Below, one piece after another: positions 29,247 through 32,000 of a stretch of DNA of 32,000 nt; the first letter of the stretch is position 1, and each line of letters opens with the position of its first letter. The position numbers and the translations under genes were made by a program. The notes beneath the pieces are model-generated. The model saw only the letters and a program-made list of their open reading frames with translations, made no database searches and was not told the origin of the DNA. The stretch comes from Wolbachia endosymbiont of Cimex lectularius (GTDB taxonomy: Bacteria; Pseudomonadota; Alphaproteobacteria; Rickettsiales; Anaplasmataceae), in assembly GCF_000829315.1 (NCBI RefSeq), contig NZ_AP013028.1:270001-302000 (forward strand). Direction: 5' to 3'.

Positions 29247-30740
29247 GTGTTGTTAACAAAGAACGAGGTAAAAAGGGACTTAGTCTACGTCTATCAGATT
29301 TTATCTTACTTGGGACTGGATGACCATACATACACTCACCTATCAGCGCGTTCTGAGGATCAAAAGTCGTTTTATATTTATCCATTTGGTATACGCTTTA
29401 ATGAAGTGAATGAAAATTCATTAATGAAGGTGTCATTTGATGGAGATGTTATTGAAGGCAAAGAATATCAATATAATAAAACTAGTTATATAATCCACGG
29501 CTTTATTTATCAAGCAAGGAAAGATATTCAAGCAATTTTTCACTTGCATACACCTTCTATTGTAGCAGTTTCTTCCCTCAAAGATGGGTTACTTCCAACA
29601 AGTCAGTGGGCACTGCATTTTTATAATAAGGTATCTTACCATAGTTATAATCCCCTGGCACTTGATGATACAGAAGGAAAAAGACTAATAGCTGATCTGA
29701 AAGAAAATTTTGTCATGTTAATGCGCAATCATGGGTCTATAACGTGTGGTCGGACTATACAAGAAGCGATGTTTTATACATATCACTTAGAGCAAGCGTG
29801 CAAAACTCAATGTTTAACGTTAGCGATGAATAAGGAATTATCAATTCCAAGCGAAGAAATTTGCTCAAAAGCTGTAAGAACCTGTTTAAAATCTTCGTAA
29901 CAGGAGAGAAATGAAGGAGAGGACTATCATCTGTAAGCTAGTGTTGAGCTTCCGCTCGCAATTTTTCCACAATCGCCTGCACTTTTCTAACCAGGCAAAA
30001 GAGCGTTCAACAACCCATCTTTTTGGCAATACGACGAAAGTGTGTAACTCACTTCGCTTTATTACTTCAACAGTCGCACCAATGATAGCTTTTATTTGTG
30101 TTGCAAAATTTTCTCCTGTGTAGCCAGCATCAACCAGTATGTTTTTAACTTCAGAGAGGTTTGCTTTAGCATTTTCGACCATTTTCACAGCACTGCTACG
30201 GTCAGTTGCTTCTGCCGTTGTTACATAAATTGCATGTGGCAAACCTTGTGTATCAACTGCAATATGGCGCTTTATCCCTGAAATCTTTTTACCTGCATCA
30301 TAGCCTTTTTTTTCAGCAGTATCTGCGTTTTTAACGCTTTGAGAATCAATTATACAAAAGCTAGTTTTCTCTTTCCGACCATTGCTGATACGGACCTCTC
30401 CAACTAATTTTTTTTAAGACTAATTCCAACAAGCTTGGCTCTTCTCCACTCTTTTTACTCCACACTCGAAAATAGTAATATACGCTTTCCCATCTTGGAA
30501 AACCCTTTGGTAACATCCTCCACTGACAACCACTTTTTAAGACGTACAACACCCCACAAAATACGTCATACAAATCAAGTTTTCTTGGTTTTGTTTTCTG
30601 CTTGCTACTCTCCAAAATTGGCCTGATTTTTTCAAACTGCTCTTGACTTATATTACTTGGATAACTTTTCTGCATAGACACCTCATTATTAATCTATGCT
30701 TACTTTACCTCACATTTCCAAGATTTTAAACAGGTTCTAA
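29247..30740 (+). pseudogene. Class II aldolase/adducin family gene interrupted near its 3' end by IS copy E
   Basis: ORF 29247-29900 with [16 protein letters not shown] and [12 protein letters not shown]; IS begins at 29878 and replaces the native C-terminus with VRTCLKSS. Confidence 0.8.
29878..30737 (-). mobile_element. IS5-family insertion sequence, copy E (860 bp)
   Basis: Same termini; TAA duplication at 29875-29877 and 30738-30740; ORFs 30361-30681 and 29886-30242. Confidence 0.95.
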
Positions 30741-30842
30741 GAAGCTTTTCGCACTATTATCTTTATCCCAGCACCCTTTCTTCTTGTCATCCAAATAGCC
30801 GACACTAGTTCCTTCGGACATTGTCATGCAAGTGCCCAGACA

Positions 30843-31085
30843 CACAACTGTACGAACATTGCAATTAGCAGGTAATTTGCGTAACAGACGGTGTCATCCC
30901 AGTGCTCCGACACTGGGATCCAGCCTTTCCATAATCATCAAAACGTCGTATTTTAACATAAAACAGCTACTTTTATACTCACCAACTTAATAAAATTCCT
31001 GGATGCCAGTGTCAGCTACTTGCATGACACCCTCCTAGTAGCACAATGTTCGTACAGTTGTGCGTCACACGCTGGAATGACACCC
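30843..31085. repeat. Palindromic intergenic element with 19-bp perfect inverted repeats
   Basis: CACAACTGTACGAACATTG (30843-30861) versus CAATGTTCGTACAGTTGTG (31044-31062), with internal GGTGTCATCCCAGTGCTCCGACACTGGGATCCAG. Confidence 0.85.
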
Positions 31086-31537
31086 TTCACAGGCTTTTGA
31101 ATTGCTTTAGCTATAAATATTAAGAAATTTACCAAGCGAGAAAAAAAGCAAAAGAAACCCCGCTAGCTAGTTATTCACTATCTATCTTTTAAATTGGCGT
31201 TTTTTATTGTCTTAAACGCTTTAACAAGCGCATTTTAGCTTATATTAGGTAAAAACCTTGAAAGTTTATAAAGACATGAGGTGCACATAGTGCAAAAAAT
31301 TAAACATAAGACGCCAAGTACATTGAGTTTTTTGTCGTTTTATCTGCACAGACTGAAGATAAATAATAGCTTCAGTCTCATTATAAAGGGGTTGGAGGAA
31401 CTTATCAAGTAGTTTTTTTGTTTCTATTAGATGACATACGCTGCTAAAAGTTTGTTATATGGTTATGCAAAAGGTCTATTTACTCTGAGTATATTACATG
31501 TATACTTATTACTAAATTAAATTTGAAATGATAAGAA

Positions 31538-32000
31538 ATGAATGAATTTAAATCAATCCGTAATATTGCGATAATTGCACATGTTGACCACGGAAAAACT
31601 ACTTTACTCGATAACATGTTAAAACAAAGTGGCACGTTTCGTGAGAATCAAGAAGTTCAAGAACGAGTGATGGATAGTGGCGATCAAGAGCGTGAACGCG
31701 GAATTACAATACTTGCAAAATGTACGTCAATAATATGGGGCGATGAAAAAATCAACATTATTGATACACCGGGGCATGCGGACTTTGGTGGAGAAGTAGA
31801 AAGGGTGCTATGCATGGCAGATGGTGTGTTGCTGCTGGTTGACGCTGCAGAAGGTCCCATGCCACAGACTAAGTTTGTGCTGTCAAAAGCACTAAAAGCA
31901 GATTTGAAGCCGATTGTGATAATCAATAAGGTTGATCGGCCAGACAGCAGAATTGATGAAGTGTTGAACGAAATATATGAATTGTTTTTTAACCTTGATG
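31538..32000 (+). CDS. typA: Translational GTPase TypA/BipA, 5' part, runs off the window
   Basis: [34 protein letters not shown]...[19 protein letters not shown]...[16 protein letters not shown]. Confidence 0.95.
   Translation, partial: MNEFKSIRNIAIIAHVDHGKTTLLDNMLKQSGTFRENQEVQERVMDSGDQERERGITILAKCTSIIWGDEKINIIDTPGHADFGGEVERVLCMADGVLLLVDAAEGPMPQTKFVLSKALKADLKPIVIINKVDRPDSRIDEVLNEIYELFFNLD

Overview
The window looks like ordinary Wolbachia-type (Rickettsiales) chromosome, AT-rich and eroded by pseudogenes and IS copies. Intact housekeeping genes: 2-Cys peroxiredoxin, trxB, xerC-like recombinase, lpdA, a BamB-like PQQ protein, gyrB, tRNA-Ser(GGA), a DAACS dicarboxylate symporter, tsaB, and the start of typA/bipA. 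Accessory content: an ankyrin-repeat protein with a C-terminal membrane segment, a second membrane-anchored protein of unknown function, two porin-like outer-membrane proteins, a GTA/phage DUF2163-like protein, a PAS plus degenerate GGDEF-like protein, a degenerate phage-type large serine recombinase, a broken class 3 lipase, a frameshifted 5-formyltetrahydrofolate cyclo-ligase, a frameshifted P-loop kinase-like gene and a class II aldolase hit by an IS. Five copies of one ~860-bp IS5-family element are present, and one is inserted inside another. The least-explained structure is a ~604-bp non-coding segment (12607-13210) bounded by 52-nt inverted repeats, each holding a perfect 11-bp-stem hairpin. 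I found no convincing new multi-gene system, CRISPR array or complete prophage.
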